Positions 8,608 to 17,503 of a DNA stretch of 64,000 nucleotides are shown here, piece after piece (positions within the stretch are counted from its first letter, which is position 1; the number at the start of each line of letters is the position of its first letter). The translations under genes and the position numbers were made by a program. Location: the NCBI GenBank assembly GCA_963783305.1, contig CAWAMW010000013.1, forward strand, positions 64,001 to 128,000, given 5' to 3'. A model generated the notes under the pieces. It was given only the letters and a program-made list of their open reading frames with translations, was not told the origin of the DNA and made no database searches. Origin of the DNA: an uncultured Gemmatimonadales bacterium. Its GTDB lineage: Bacteria; Gemmatimonadota; Gemmatimonadetes; Longimicrobiales; RSA9.

Positions 8608-9162
8608 TCAGGTGGCGCCGACGCCCGAATCGGCTGATGCCGTGCCGGCGGCCTCTTCATCGACCAGCTTGAACGAGCGCACGACCGTCCAGCTGTCCGA
8701 GCCGGGGCTCCGGGACAGGACGTCGGATGCGATCTCATCGGTCATGGCCGGGTCCGACTCGCGGAGGACGCCCCGGACGTTGACGGTGTCCCCCTTCCGT
8801 ATCCTGCGGGCGGAGTCCACGCGCAGGAGGGTGGACTCGGCGAGGATCCAGAACGCGTCATTGCCGGTGGCGAGGACTTCTCCGTCTGCCAGGACCGTCT
8901 CACCGAGGTGCTCCTCACTCAGGGGGAGAAGGTCGGCGACGCTGGGGGTCGCCGGTGCGGTGGCCGCACCGGGGCCGAGACTCGGGATGCGGGCGGGTGG
9001 GAGGGTGTCGGCCGCGGTCGGCGGCAGCTCCAGTCCCTCCGGCTCTTCCGGTGACCGGAGGAGTGCGGTCGCACCCCACGCGAGGAGGGCCAGCAGAACG
9101 ACGCCGAGCAGCCAGGGCCAGCGGAAGGCGCGCTTCTTCTCCACGTCGATCCTACGCATCAT
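8608..9162 (-). CDS. Single-TM hypothetical protein
   Basis: N-terminal WPWLLGVVLLALLAW anchor and Pro-rich linker; ATGA overlap with the PBP1A stop. Confidence 0.65.
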   Translation of the reverse strand: MMRRIDVEKKRAFRWPWLLGVVLLALLAWGATALLRSPEEPEGLELPPTAADTLPPARIPSLGPGAATAPATPSVADLLPLSEEHLGETVLADGEVLATGNDAFWILAESTLLRVDSARRIRKGDTVNVRGVLRESDPAMTDEIASDVLSRSPGSDSWTVVRSFKLVDEEAAGTASADSGVGAT

Positions 9163-11588
9163 CGTCCTCCCAGATCAGCGGGCGGTGCCGGTGTGGAGTC
9201 CGGCGGGCTCTCGCCCACCGGGCGGCCCACGAGCGTGTCCTCGGGGAGCGGTCGCGGTGTGGTGTCCGGCCGCTGGGGCCGGAGTCGAATGGTGTCCCGC
9301 GGCGTTGGATTCATGCGGATGGTATCGCGGCGGATCGTGTCGGGGCGGACCGGATCCAGCCGGGTGTCGCGTTCGCCCATGATGATGGTGTCTGGCCGCT
9401 GGGCCGGTGTGGTGTCACCGGCGGCGGTATCGCGCTCCTCGTCGCCGAACACGCGCTGCCGGATGCGTCCCCACCACGAGTCATCGCCCTCATAGAGTGA
9501 GTCGGCGCCGAGAGTATCGTATCCGAGGAGGTAGTCGTTGCAGCCGGCGGTGCTCACGGTCCCGCGCATGAAGTACTCCTCGTGCAGGTCGCCGACCGTG
9601 GGGCAGTTGGATGCGACGACGTTGCCGCGGGCATCCACCATGTGCTGCTCGATGCCCGGGGGCGGTGACCAGCCGCTGGATCCCGGCGCCACCTGTCTCA
9701 TGATCCGGCCCCATACAGGCGCCGCGAGACGACCGCCGGTGGCGCTGGCCATGATCCGCTCCGGGTCATCCATGCCGATCCATACGCCACCCGCTATCTC
9801 GGGGGTGAAGCCGACGAACCAGACATCGGCGGACTCGTTCGTGGTGCCCGTCTTTCCCGCCGCCGGCTGGGTGAAGCCGACGGAGCGGACGGCGGCGCCG
9901 GTGCCGCGGTCCACCACGTCGCGCATGAGGCTGACCGTGAGGAAGGCGACGTCGGAGGAGAGGGCTCGCTGCGAGCGCGGCGGAACCTGCCAGACGAGAT
10001 TGCCCTGCCGATCGGTGACGCGTGTGACGAAGCGCGGCTCCGGGCGCTCGCCGAGCGTGGCGAAGGTGGCGTACGCGGCGACCATCTCCAGGAGCGTCAC
10101 CTCGGCCGCGCCGATGGCGACGGACGGATACGGGGGGATATCACCGCCGATCCCGAGGCGGTGGGCCATGTCGATGACGCGGCTGAGTCCTACCTGCTCC
10201 GCCAGTCGGATGGTGGCGACGTTCTTCGAGTGGGTGAGCGCCTCCCGCATGGTGATCTCGCCGGAATAGCTGCCGCCGAAGTTCTTCGGAGACCAGCGCT
10301 GGCCGTCACGGACGGTGGTGTAGGGAGTGTCCTGGAGGATCGTGGTCAGCGGGTACCCGTTCTGGAGCGCGGCGGCGTAGACGAACGGCTTGAACGCGCT
10401 CCCCGGCTGCCGCCGGGCCTGGATGGCGCGGTTGAACTTGGAGTCGTCGAAGTCGCGCCCGCCCACGAGCGCGAGGATATCCCCGGTCTCAGCCGCCATG
10501 ATGATCGTCGCGCCCTGCAGGTAGGGGGACCCTCCGCCGCTGGCTGTGTGGGTGCTGTCAGCCATGGTCCCACCATACGTGGGGTGGGGGAAATAGCCGA
10601 ATCGACCGGATTCTATGGCCTGGAGCTGCTGGCTCAGCTCGCGCTCGGCCACGGCCTGCGCGTCCAGATCGAGGGTCGTGTGAATCGTAAAGCCCTCGGT
10701 ATAGACCTCGTCGCCCAGCCGCTCCTCGACGAGCTGCCGGACGGTTTCCATGAAGTACGCGGCCCGGTCGGGGCTCTCGAGTCGGCTCCGTGCCAGGTCG
10801 GGCTCGTCGTCGGCGATGTCATCCGCCTGCTGCTGGGTGATGTAGCCCTCGTCGACCATGCGGCGCAGGACGGTACGGCGGCGCTTCATCGCCCGCTCCA
10901 TGCTGCTGCGGGGGTTGAGTTCCGAGGGTGCCTGCGGGAGCCCGGCCAGCAGGGCGGACTCCCCCAGCTCCAGCTGCGAGGCGGACTTGCCGAAGTACTC
11001 CTGGGCGGCCGCCTCGATACCCCATGCGCCGCTGCCGAAGTAGATCTGGTTGAGATACAGCGCCAGGATCTCGTCCTTGGAGTACCGGCTCTCCAGCTCC
11101 CTCGCCACCTTGATCTCGCTGATCTTTCGATTCAGCGTGCGCTGGTTCGCCGGCAGTTGCTCCGGGAAGACGTTTCGCGCCACCTGCATCGTGATGGTGC
11201 TGAAGCCCTCCTCGATGCTGCCACTCCGGACGTTCCGCAGGAGAGCGCCGACCGCCCGCGACCAGTCGACGCCGCCATGGTGGAAGAAGTCCTGGTCTTC
11301 GATGGCGACGAACGCCTGCGTCACGTGCTCCGGGAGCGAGTCCAGCTCGACGATCTGGCGGTTCACACGGAACAGCTTACCGATCTCCTCATCGTCGCGA
11401 TCCACGACCACGGACGCCTCATCGGGCACGAAGCCCTGCACCTGCTCGATCTCGGGGCAGCCGGCGAATCCGCACGTCTGGTATGCGGCCAGCAGCACCG
11501 CGAGCACGACCACCGCCACGGCGAAGAGCGCCACCACGATCGCGTACAGGGACAGCGGTCCACGCTTCCGGTTCTTATCGTCCATCAC
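9159..11588 (-). CDS. Class A penicillin-binding protein (PBP1A family)
   Basis: Glycosyltransferase motifs AIEDQDF, GFSTITMQVARN, RKISE, YLNQIYFG; transpeptidase motifs SAFK, SKN, KTG. Confidence 0.95.
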   Translation of the reverse strand: MMDDKNRKRGPLSLYAIVVALFAVAVVVLAVLLAAYQTCGFAGCPEIEQVQGFVPDEASVVVDRDDEEIGKLFRVNRQIVELDSLPEHVTQAFVAIEDQDFFHHGGVDWSRAVGALLRNVRSGSIEEGFSTITMQVARNVFPEQLPANQRTLNRKISEIKVARELESRYSKDEILALYLNQIYFGSGAWGIEAAAQEYFGKSASQLELGESALLAGLPQAPSELNPRSSMERAMKRRRTVLRRMVDEGYITQQQADDIADDEPDLARSRLESPDRAAYFMETVRQLVEERLGDEVYTEGFTIHTTLDLDAQAVAERELSQQLQAIESGRFGYFPHPTYGGTMADSTHTASGGGSPYLQGATIIMAAETGDILALVGGRDFDDSKFNRAIQARRQPGSAFKPFVYAAALQNGYPLTTILQDTPYTTVRDGQRWSPKNFGGSYSGEITMREALTHSKNVATIRLAEQVGLSRVIDMAHRLGIGGDIPPYPSVAIGAAEVTLLEMVAAYATFATLGERPEPRFVTRVTDRQGNLVWQVPPRSQRALSSDVAFLTVSLMRDVVDRGTGAAVRSVGFTQPAAGKTGTTNESADVWFVGFTPEIAGGVWIGMDDPERIMASATGGRLAAPVWGRIMRQVAPGSSGWSPPPGIEQHMVDARGNVVASNCPTVGDLHEEYFMRGTVSTAGCNDYLLGYDTLGADSLYEGDDSWWGRIRQRVFGDEERDTAAGDTTPAQRPDTIIMGERDTRLDPVRPDTIRRDTIRMNPTPRDTIRLRPQRPDTTPRPLPEDTLVGRPVGESPPDSTPAPPADLGGR

Positions 11589-11633
11589 GGCTCGTATTCC
11601 ACTCTGTTCGGGTGATTACGGAGTCGATGCTGG

Positions 11634-11649
11634 GGCAAGTACGGTGCCG
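11634..11649 (-). promoter_or_regulatory. Putative sigma-54 promoter of the PBP1A operon
   Basis: Minus strand CGGCACCGTACTTGCC = GGCAC-N5-TTGC, about 45 nt upstream of the start. Confidence 0.6.
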
Positions 11650-11731
11650 GCACGCGCCGGGGCCCCCGTTTTGCCAAACCCCCGCATGCGTGGCTAGCTT
11701 TAACTGGACCCTACCCGGACGGAGCCCCCCA

Positions 11732-12673
11732 ATGACCCGATACACCGAAGACGAGCTCAAGCGTAAAGTCCAGGACGGCTACATCCTGGAGTCACCGGAC
11801 GAGATGACGCCCGGCTACCTGAAGGCTCTCACGATCCAGCTGCTGGTGCAGGGCGACACCGAGCTGATGAGCGCGCCCGCCTACTGGGGCGCCGCCCAGG
11901 ACGCGCCCTCCACGAACACCATGGTGAGCGCGGTAGCCATCATCCAGGACGAGCTGGCACACGCGAACATCGCCTATCGGCTGCTGGAGGACATGGGGCA
12001 GGACAAGGAGCACCTGCTCTACGGCCGTGAGCCCCACGAATTCAAGCACCCGTACGGCTTCGACCAGCCGCTCGAGAACTGGGCGGAGCTGGTCACGGCA
12101 AACGGGTTCTTCGACCGAGCCGGAATCACCCTGCTGGGGGACGTGCACCGGAACACGAGCTACGGACCGCTCAAGCGGGCGCTGGTGAAGGTGGACATGG
12201 AGGAGACCTTCCACCTGCGACATGGTGAAGTCTGGATGCGCCGGCTGGCGGCGGCGGGCGGTGATGCGCGGGAGAAGCTCCAGCGGTCCGTGGACTGGAT
12301 GTTCCCGATGACCATCGAGTGGTTCGGGCTGCCGGACGAGCTGAAGCGCCACAGCGATCAGCTGGATTACCGCCTCAAGGGGATGACGAACGACGAGCTG
12401 CGGCAGACGTGGATGGCGTCCACGGTCCCGCTCTGCGAATCCATCGGGATCGACATCCCGGCGCACTATGACGAGCAGAAGGAGCAGTACATCCTCGACT
12501 ATCCGTTCCCGTGTCAATACGACGCGGCGGCCAAGCACTGGGACTTCACCGGTGGCGAGATCGGCTGGGACGTGGTGTTCGAGCGCTGGAAGGGACGCGG
12601 TCCCATGAACGAGCGCTATGTCGAGAGCATCCGCAAGAGCCACGGCGCCATGAATCGGATGATGGCGGCTTGA
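11732..12673 (+). CDS. PaaA-like diiron epoxidase/monooxygenase catalytic subunit (PaaA/PaaC family)
   Basis: Diiron ligands DTE, QDELAH, FFD, EETFH; TSYGPL; WAEL. Confidence 0.85.
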   Translation: MTRYTEDELKRKVQDGYILESPDEMTPGYLKALTIQLLVQGDTELMSAPAYWGAAQDAPSTNTMVSAVAIIQDELAHANIAYRLLEDMGQDKEHLLYGREPHEFKHPYGFDQPLENWAELVTANGFFDRAGITLLGDVHRNTSYGPLKRALVKVDMEETFHLRHGEVWMRRLAAAGGDAREKLQRSVDWMFPMTIEWFGLPDELKRHSDQLDYRLKGMTNDELRQTWMASTVPLCESIGIDIPAHYDEQKEQYILDYPFPCQYDAAAKHWDFTGGEIGWDVVFERWKGRGPMNERYVESIRKSHGAMNRMMAA

Positions 12674-13086
12674 GTGCCCCCGCCCCGCTGGGGGTGCGGG
12701 GCCCCGCACTGAACGCCGCGGTGGGCGCTCCGCTCCTGGACCACGTCGTGGTCCGACCGGGCCTGGAGGGCTACTGGCGTGCGCTGAAGGAGGTCCTCGA
12801 TCCGGAGCTCCCCATCAGCGTGGTGGACATGGGCCTGATCTACGACATACGGGAGCGAGCGGGTGAGGCGGGCGTGGGGGCGGTGGCGCTGGACGTCACG
12901 ATGACGTTCACGGCCACGGCGTGTCCCTGCATGGAGCTCATGCTCATGGATATCCGCGACCGGCTCCTGGAAGAGCCAGGGGTCGTGGCGGTGGAGATCG
13001 AGGTCGTCTGGGACCCGCCGTGGACGCGGGGTATGATCACGGACGAAGGGCGAGTGAAGTTGCGGACGTACGGAGTGGCGAGCTAG
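12670..13086 (+). CDS. DUF59/PaaD N-terminal metal-cluster assembly domain protein
   Basis: LKEVLDPELPISVVDMGLIY, TFTATACP, VWDPPWT. Start codon uncertain (TTG 12670). Confidence 0.85.
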   Translation: MSAPAPLGVRGPALNAAVGAPLLDHVVVRPGLEGYWRALKEVLDPELPISVVDMGLIYDIRERAGEAGVGAVALDVTMTFTATACPCMELMLMDIRDRLLEEPGVVAVEIEVVWDPPWTRGMITDEGRVKLRTYGVAS

Positions 13087-13094
13087 GGGGCAGA

Positions 13095-13301
13095 ATGGTG
13101 TTCGAGGTGTTCGCGAGAAAGAGTCGCGGGGAGCCGCTGAGGCATATCGGCAACCTGAACGCTCCGGACGTGGAGCTGGCGAAGGTGTATGCCTTCAACA
13201 CCTACGACGAGGAGCGGTGGTTCGACATGTACGTGGTGCCACGCGAGCAGCTCGCAGAGGTGTTCACGGTGGATCGGGGCGAGCCGGCGGAGGTGCAATG
13301 A
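13095..13301 (+). CDS. PaaB-like small subunit
   Basis: FEVFAR..HIGNLNAPDVELA..Y; 68 aa; operon context. Confidence 0.8.
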   Translation: MVFEVFARKSRGEPLRHIGNLNAPDVELAKVYAFNTYDEERWFDMYVVPREQLAEVFTVDRGEPAEVQ

Positions 13302-14092
13302 CGACGGGAACGGCGCGGGAGCTGGATGAGGCGACGCTGGAGGCAGTGAGGGATCTGATCCTGGTGCTGGCCGACAGCAAGCGGCTTCTGGGCTATCGGT
13401 ATGCGGAGTGGATGCTGGGTGCGCCCGAGCTGGAAACGGGGATCGCGTGCTCGTCGATGGCGCAGGACGAGTGGGGCCACGCGCGTCTCCTGTACGCGCT
13501 GCTGAAGGGGTTCGACGATGACGTCGAGGGGCTGGAGCACGGGCGTGAGCCGGCGGGATATCGGAACATGTCGGTGCTGGACGAGCCCACGGAGAGCTGG
13601 ACGGACGTGGTGGCGCTGATGACGGTGACCGACGGCGCGCTGTCGGTCCAGTTCGAGTCGTTGCAGAGCTCGACGTACGAGCCTCTGCGACAGAGGGTGG
13701 AAAAGCTGCTGGATGAGGAGAAGTTCCACGCTGCCCATGGCGCCGCGTGGTTCCGCCGGCTGGCGGCGGGCACGGAAGCGAGCCGGACTGCGCTGCGGGA
13801 ATCGGTGCTGCGGGTACTTCCCCCGGTGCTGGCCTGGTTCGGTCCCGATTCGGAGCGGAGTGTCATGCTGAAGTCGGCGGGTGTGGTGAGCGAGGCGGGA
13901 GCAGCTCTGCGGGACCGGCTGCTGAACCGTCTGGCTCCTCTCCTGGACCTGGTGGATGTGGAGCGTCCGGAGGAGGATGTCCCCGCCGATTTCGACGAGG
14001 CGCGGCGGCGGGCGGGCGGCGGTGGCCCGAATGCCGACACGATCCGCCGCGTCCGAGGGGACCACAACCGCGATTTCCTCATGGAGAGCTGA
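13298..14092 (+). CDS. PaaC-like subunit (PaaA/PaaC family)
   Basis: LADSKRLLG.RYAEW..GAPELE..IA, QDEWGHAR, EEKFH; ATGA overlap. Confidence 0.85.
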   Translation: MTTGTARELDEATLEAVRDLILVLADSKRLLGYRYAEWMLGAPELETGIACSSMAQDEWGHARLLYALLKGFDDDVEGLEHGREPAGYRNMSVLDEPTESWTDVVALMTVTDGALSVQFESLQSSTYEPLRQRVEKLLDEEKFHAAHGAAWFRRLAAGTEASRTALRESVLRVLPPVLAWFGPDSERSVMLKSAGVVSEAGAALRDRLLNRLAPLLDLVDVERPEEDVPADFDEARRRAGGGGPNADTIRRVRGDHNRDFLMES

Positions 14093-14096
14093 GGTC

Positions 14097-14294
14097 GTGG
14101 CGTCGGAGGAGTACGGGCTGCCGGAGAACCCGGCGTGTCCCTTCTGCGAGGGGCGCGAAACCGAGCTGCACTCGGCGTTTGGGACCGCGCTTTCCGTCGC
14201 CACCTACTGGTGCCGCCGGTGCCGGACTGCCTTCGAGTGGGTGAAGTGGGCAGAGTCCTCCGAGCGGACCGGCGACTCAGCGGCGGACCGCTAG
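14097..14294 (+). CDS. Stand-alone PaaD C-terminal zinc-ribbon protein
   Basis: CPFC..TE..S.FG......Y.CRRC...FEW.K matches the PaaD C-terminal CxxC..CxxC pattern. Confidence 0.8.
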   Translation: MASEEYGLPENPACPFCEGRETELHSAFGTALSVATYWCRRCRTAFEWVKWAESSERTGDSAADR

Positions 14295-14322
14295 CAGGTG
14301 ATGAAGGGGGTCCGCGGGGGAG

Positions 14323-14385
14323 GGTCGAGGGTCGATCCCTTCGGTCGCTCCACTCCCCGAGGACCCCGCTGTCGCGGGGCGTCGA
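14323..14385 (+). repeat. Dispersed intergenic repeat, copy B
   Basis: Identical 22-mer core followed by TCGCTCCACTCCCCGAGGACCCCGCTGTCGCGGGGCGTCGA, resembling the second module of copy A. Confidence 0.8.
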
Positions 14386-14417
14386 AGTGACGGGCCACGC
14401 GCGGGTTCAGCAATTCG

Positions 14418-14963
14418 TCAGGGGCTTGCTTCCTCTTCCCTTTCTTTCTCTCCTCCGTCCTGTTCGATCCGGACCTCAAGCAGGAAGTCCTTCAGGGGAC
14501 CGCTCGTGACGGTGGCCGCCTCCGCCAGCTCGAGGGTAATGGCAGGGCGCCGCATACCGTTGATCAGCACGTGCCGCGCGGCCACTTCCACGACCTTCTC
14601 ATCCGTCGCCCTCGTGGCCGCCTCGTAGTACTCGATGTAGCGGGCGCTCACGCGCTGCTCGAAGAGGGGGAGCTGTACGCGAGGGATGGCGCGGGGCTCG
14701 AGGTCCTCGTAGATGGCGTGGTGCATGGCGTCCAGCACCTGCCTGACGCGCTCGGGCTGGTCGGCGCACGCCTGCTGGCACGCGTGCGTATGCAGCCACA
14801 TGAAGAAGATGAGTGCTTCTTCGGGCTCCACGGTGGGTAGCGCGAGCACCGCCGTCCCGCCGGTGCTCTCGGGGGGAAGCCCCCGTCGCTCGATGAAATC
14901 GGTGAAGCTCTCCCATACCAACTGGGCGAGACTGTCACCCAGCTCCGCGGCTGACATCCGCAT
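14418..14963 (-). CDS. Hypothetical protein
   Basis: 181 aa ORF with RBS GGAGG and plausible codon usage. Confidence 0.65.
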   Translation of the reverse strand: MRMSAAELGDSLAQLVWESFTDFIERRGLPPESTGGTAVLALPTVEPEEALIFFMWLHTHACQQACADQPERVRQVLDAMHHAIYEDLEPRAIPRVQLPLFEQRVSARYIEYYEAATRATDEKVVEVAARHVLINGMRRPAITLELAEAATVTSGPLKDFLLEVRIEQDGGEKEREEEASP

Positions 14964-15089
14964 GTGGCCTCCGTTCTCGTGTGGGCTGCTAATACGGAGC
15001 GGTGAACGGCAGGTGTCAAGATCCGCGCGTCGCGCTGGCGGGCGCCGGTGGGCCGAATCAGTGCCAGCCGGCGCCGCGGTCGTCGGATG

Positions 15090-15395
15090 TCAGGCGGGAA
15101 CGACGGTCCAGCCGATCTGGACTTCTCTGCCGTCACGAACGGCGTCTCCGGTGGGGACCACCAGGTCGAACTCGCGGTACTTCTCCACGCGCTCCCTGGT
15201 CTGGCGACCGGCGGTGGCGGAGAGGCCTTTCACGGTGGCGCTCCACTCCTCGCCTTCGGGAGTGAGGATGCGGAAGGAGGAGCCGGGCTTGAGCATGGAC
15301 GGGTCGAAGTCGCCCCCGGTCAGCTTCAGGCGGAGCATCCACCCGCGCAGGGGGACCATGTAGGAGTCGGATACGTTGAAACGAAAGTCGGCCAT
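15090..15395 (-). CDS. Small hypothetical protein, possibly EF-Tu domain-II-like barrel
   Basis: FRFNVSDSYMVPLRGWML..LKPG pattern. Confidence 0.6.
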   Translation of the reverse strand: MADFRFNVSDSYMVPLRGWMLRLKLTGGDFDPSMLKPGSSFRILTPEGEEWSATVKGLSATAGRQTRERVEKYREFDLVVPTGDAVRDGREVQIGWTVVPA

Positions 15396-15465
15396 GTCAT
15401 CGGTATCGTGAGACCAGGGCCCGGCCGCCCCATGCGAGCCGGCTAGCGGGTGCAGGATACCGTCT

Positions 15466-17040
15466 CTACCGGCCGGGGTCCAGTGCGAGTGTGGGGGCGG
15501 AGGGAGAGGTAGCGCGGCGAGCCGCGTGCCGGCGGGCGGTATCGGCCGCCCTGGTCAGCCCGTGCAGAAGGTCCTGCGCGGCGGCTTCGTCCAGATCGCG
15601 AACGCTCGCAACGCGGCCGCCGGCGGCAGTATCGACGAGAAGTGTCTGCAGGTGGAGCCGCCGCTGAAAGGGTGTGTTTCGGAGGTGGAGTGTCTGGATC
15701 TTCTCGTCAGGCACGACCCAGCTTACCCGGGTCAGGACGCCCCCCCGGATGATGGTGTAGCCGGCGGTCCGCCCCCAGGCGCGGGCCCGGTAATCGGCAC
15801 GGGCGTAGAGGAGAGCGGGCATGAGCAGGCCCAGGAGGGCCAGCCAGCGCGGACCGAGCAGTACGGTGCACAGAACGGTGGCGACCAGGACGGGTACCGC
15901 GAGGCGCATGAAGGTGCGGCGGGTCGCGAGGGGGGAGACGGAATGCATCTCGACGTTCTCGAAGTGCGCGTCCGGGAAGACTTCCCTGAGCAGGGGCCCC
16001 ACCTGCCGTTTGCGGGCAATCGGAACGAACGCTTCCGACTCTCCTGCCCGGGGTCCGCGGCGCTGAGGCCCGGCACCGGCGGTCTCGATCTTGAGCGCCA
16101 CGAGGCCAAATGGCCGGCGGAAAATGGACTCTTCGATGCGCACCGCCTGGACCCGCTCGACAGGGAGCGTCGAGTGGTGGCGGCTGAGGAGGCCGAAGTC
16201 CCGTCGTATATCATCTCCCACGCGCGTGAGCGTGAATCCGTGGTAGCGGATGATGCTGACGAACACCGAGACGACCCAGCCGGTGAGGACGAACCCGAGT
16301 GCCAGTGCTGCTCCGACCACCAGGGCGCCGGCCACCCCCAGCGCCGCACCCTGACCGAACGCCTCGTCCAACCAGCGCTCGACGAGGAGGGCGCCACCGA
16401 CATCGCTGATGACCTGGAGACCCGTGGCGAGGCCGGCGGCGATCAGTCCCGCTTCGTTCGATGTAGCGCCGGCAATGGCGAGATCGGCGGTGGAGAGGCG
16501 GAGTAGTCGACGGACGGTTGGCTCCCCTGCCGCGGTCGGGCCATCGGCGGAGGCCGCGGCCCCGGTCTCGGATCCCTCCGCTCGTGAGGCGCGGGCATCC
16601 CCGCGCCGCCGCATGAGCTCGGTCTGGAGATCCCGCGCCTCGGCGATGGCCAGGACCGCCAGGGAGGCTTCGGTATCGCCCCCGCCGGACGCGGTCTCGA
16701 GCTGGAGGGTCGCTACTCCGGCGAGTCGCTCCACCGCGGACTGCTCGAGGTCTATGTTCTGAATACGGGCCAGGGGGATCACCCGGCGTCGACGTGAGAG
16801 GACGCCACTGTCGATGATCAGCTCATCACCCTCGAGCCGGTACCGGAACATGAGCCAGCCCGCGGCGGCGAGCAGGAGCGACGGGATGGTGAGGATGAGA
16901 GCGATCCACTGAAGGGTGCCGACCACGCCGTCGCCGACGGACGCACCGCCCAGGAGCGCTGGAAGCACGAGCTGTCGGGCGAGCTGGAGCGCCCTGGACA
17001 CGACGGTAAAGCCGTGGAGGCGGCGTCCTTCAGACGGCAT
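15466..17040 (-). CDS. YdbT-like membrane protein with bacterial PH domains
   Basis: Three bPH_2-type repeats (SGVLSRRRRVIPLARIQNI..ETA; VERVQAV..ETAG; KIQTL..DTAA). Confidence 0.85.
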   Translation of the reverse strand: MPSEGRRLHGFTVVSRALQLARQLVLPALLGGASVGDGVVGTLQWIALILTIPSLLLAAAGWLMFRYRLEGDELIIDSGVLSRRRRVIPLARIQNIDLEQSAVERLAGVATLQLETASGGGDTEASLAVLAIAEARDLQTELMRRRGDARASRAEGSETGAAASADGPTAAGEPTVRRLLRLSTADLAIAGATSNEAGLIAAGLATGLQVISDVGGALLVERWLDEAFGQGAALGVAGALVVGAALALGFVLTGWVVSVFVSIIRYHGFTLTRVGDDIRRDFGLLSRHHSTLPVERVQAVRIEESIFRRPFGLVALKIETAGAGPQRRGPRAGESEAFVPIARKRQVGPLLREVFPDAHFENVEMHSVSPLATRRTFMRLAVPVLVATVLCTVLLGPRWLALLGLLMPALLYARADYRARAWGRTAGYTIIRGGVLTRVSWVVPDEKIQTLHLRNTPFQRRLHLQTLLVDTAAGGRVASVRDLDEAAAQDLLHGLTRAADTARRHAARRATSPSAPTLALDPGR

Positions 17041-17503
17041 CGCCGGACCCACTGAGGGCGGCGAGGGAGTCCCTGAGCTCTTCGGCATCGGCGGCGGGGA
17101 GGGCGGGCACCGTGATGATGGCGCCGCGGGTGCCAGCCGTGAAGATCACGAGGGAGGCGAGGCCGAGCCAGCGGTCGAGGGGTCCGTGTCGCGTGTCCAC
17201 GTGCTGGATCCGGGCGTACGGGATGATGCTGCTTGTATGAAAGAGCACGCCGCGGCGCAGGTAGAAATGGTCATCGCGGAGAGCGAATCGCCATGCGTGG
17301 TAGATGCGGTGTGGCAGGAGGATGAGAGCGGCGAGCACCAGAGCGGCGATCGGCGCGGCGAGAATGCCTCGGCGGAAGGGCAGATCCAGCCCGATCTCCG
17401 CCATTACGGCGAGGAGGATGAGCGCGAGCCCCTGGGCGGCGATGGTCAGTCGCCAGAGGCTCATGGCCTTCGGATCCAGCGAGCGAAGCGACCCGACGGT
17501 CAC
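17030..17503 (-). CDS. YdbS-like membrane protein with bacterial PH domain
   Basis: RRGVLF..IPYARIQHVDTRHGPLDRWLGLA..FTAG. Confidence 0.88.
   Translation of the reverse strand: MTVGSLRSLDPKAMSLWRLTIAAQGLALILLAVMAEIGLDLPFRRGILAAPIAALVLAALILLPHRIYHAWRFALRDDHFYLRRGVLFHTSSIIPYARIQHVDTRHGPLDRWLGLASLVIFTAGTRGAIITVPALPAADAEELRDSLAALSGSGDAV

Noticed and set aside
14291..14479. Short ORFs sharing the peptide PKGSTLD (also 6800..7054 and 46556..47044)
   Set aside because: They are translations of the dispersed DNA repeat, with no RBS or coding evidence.
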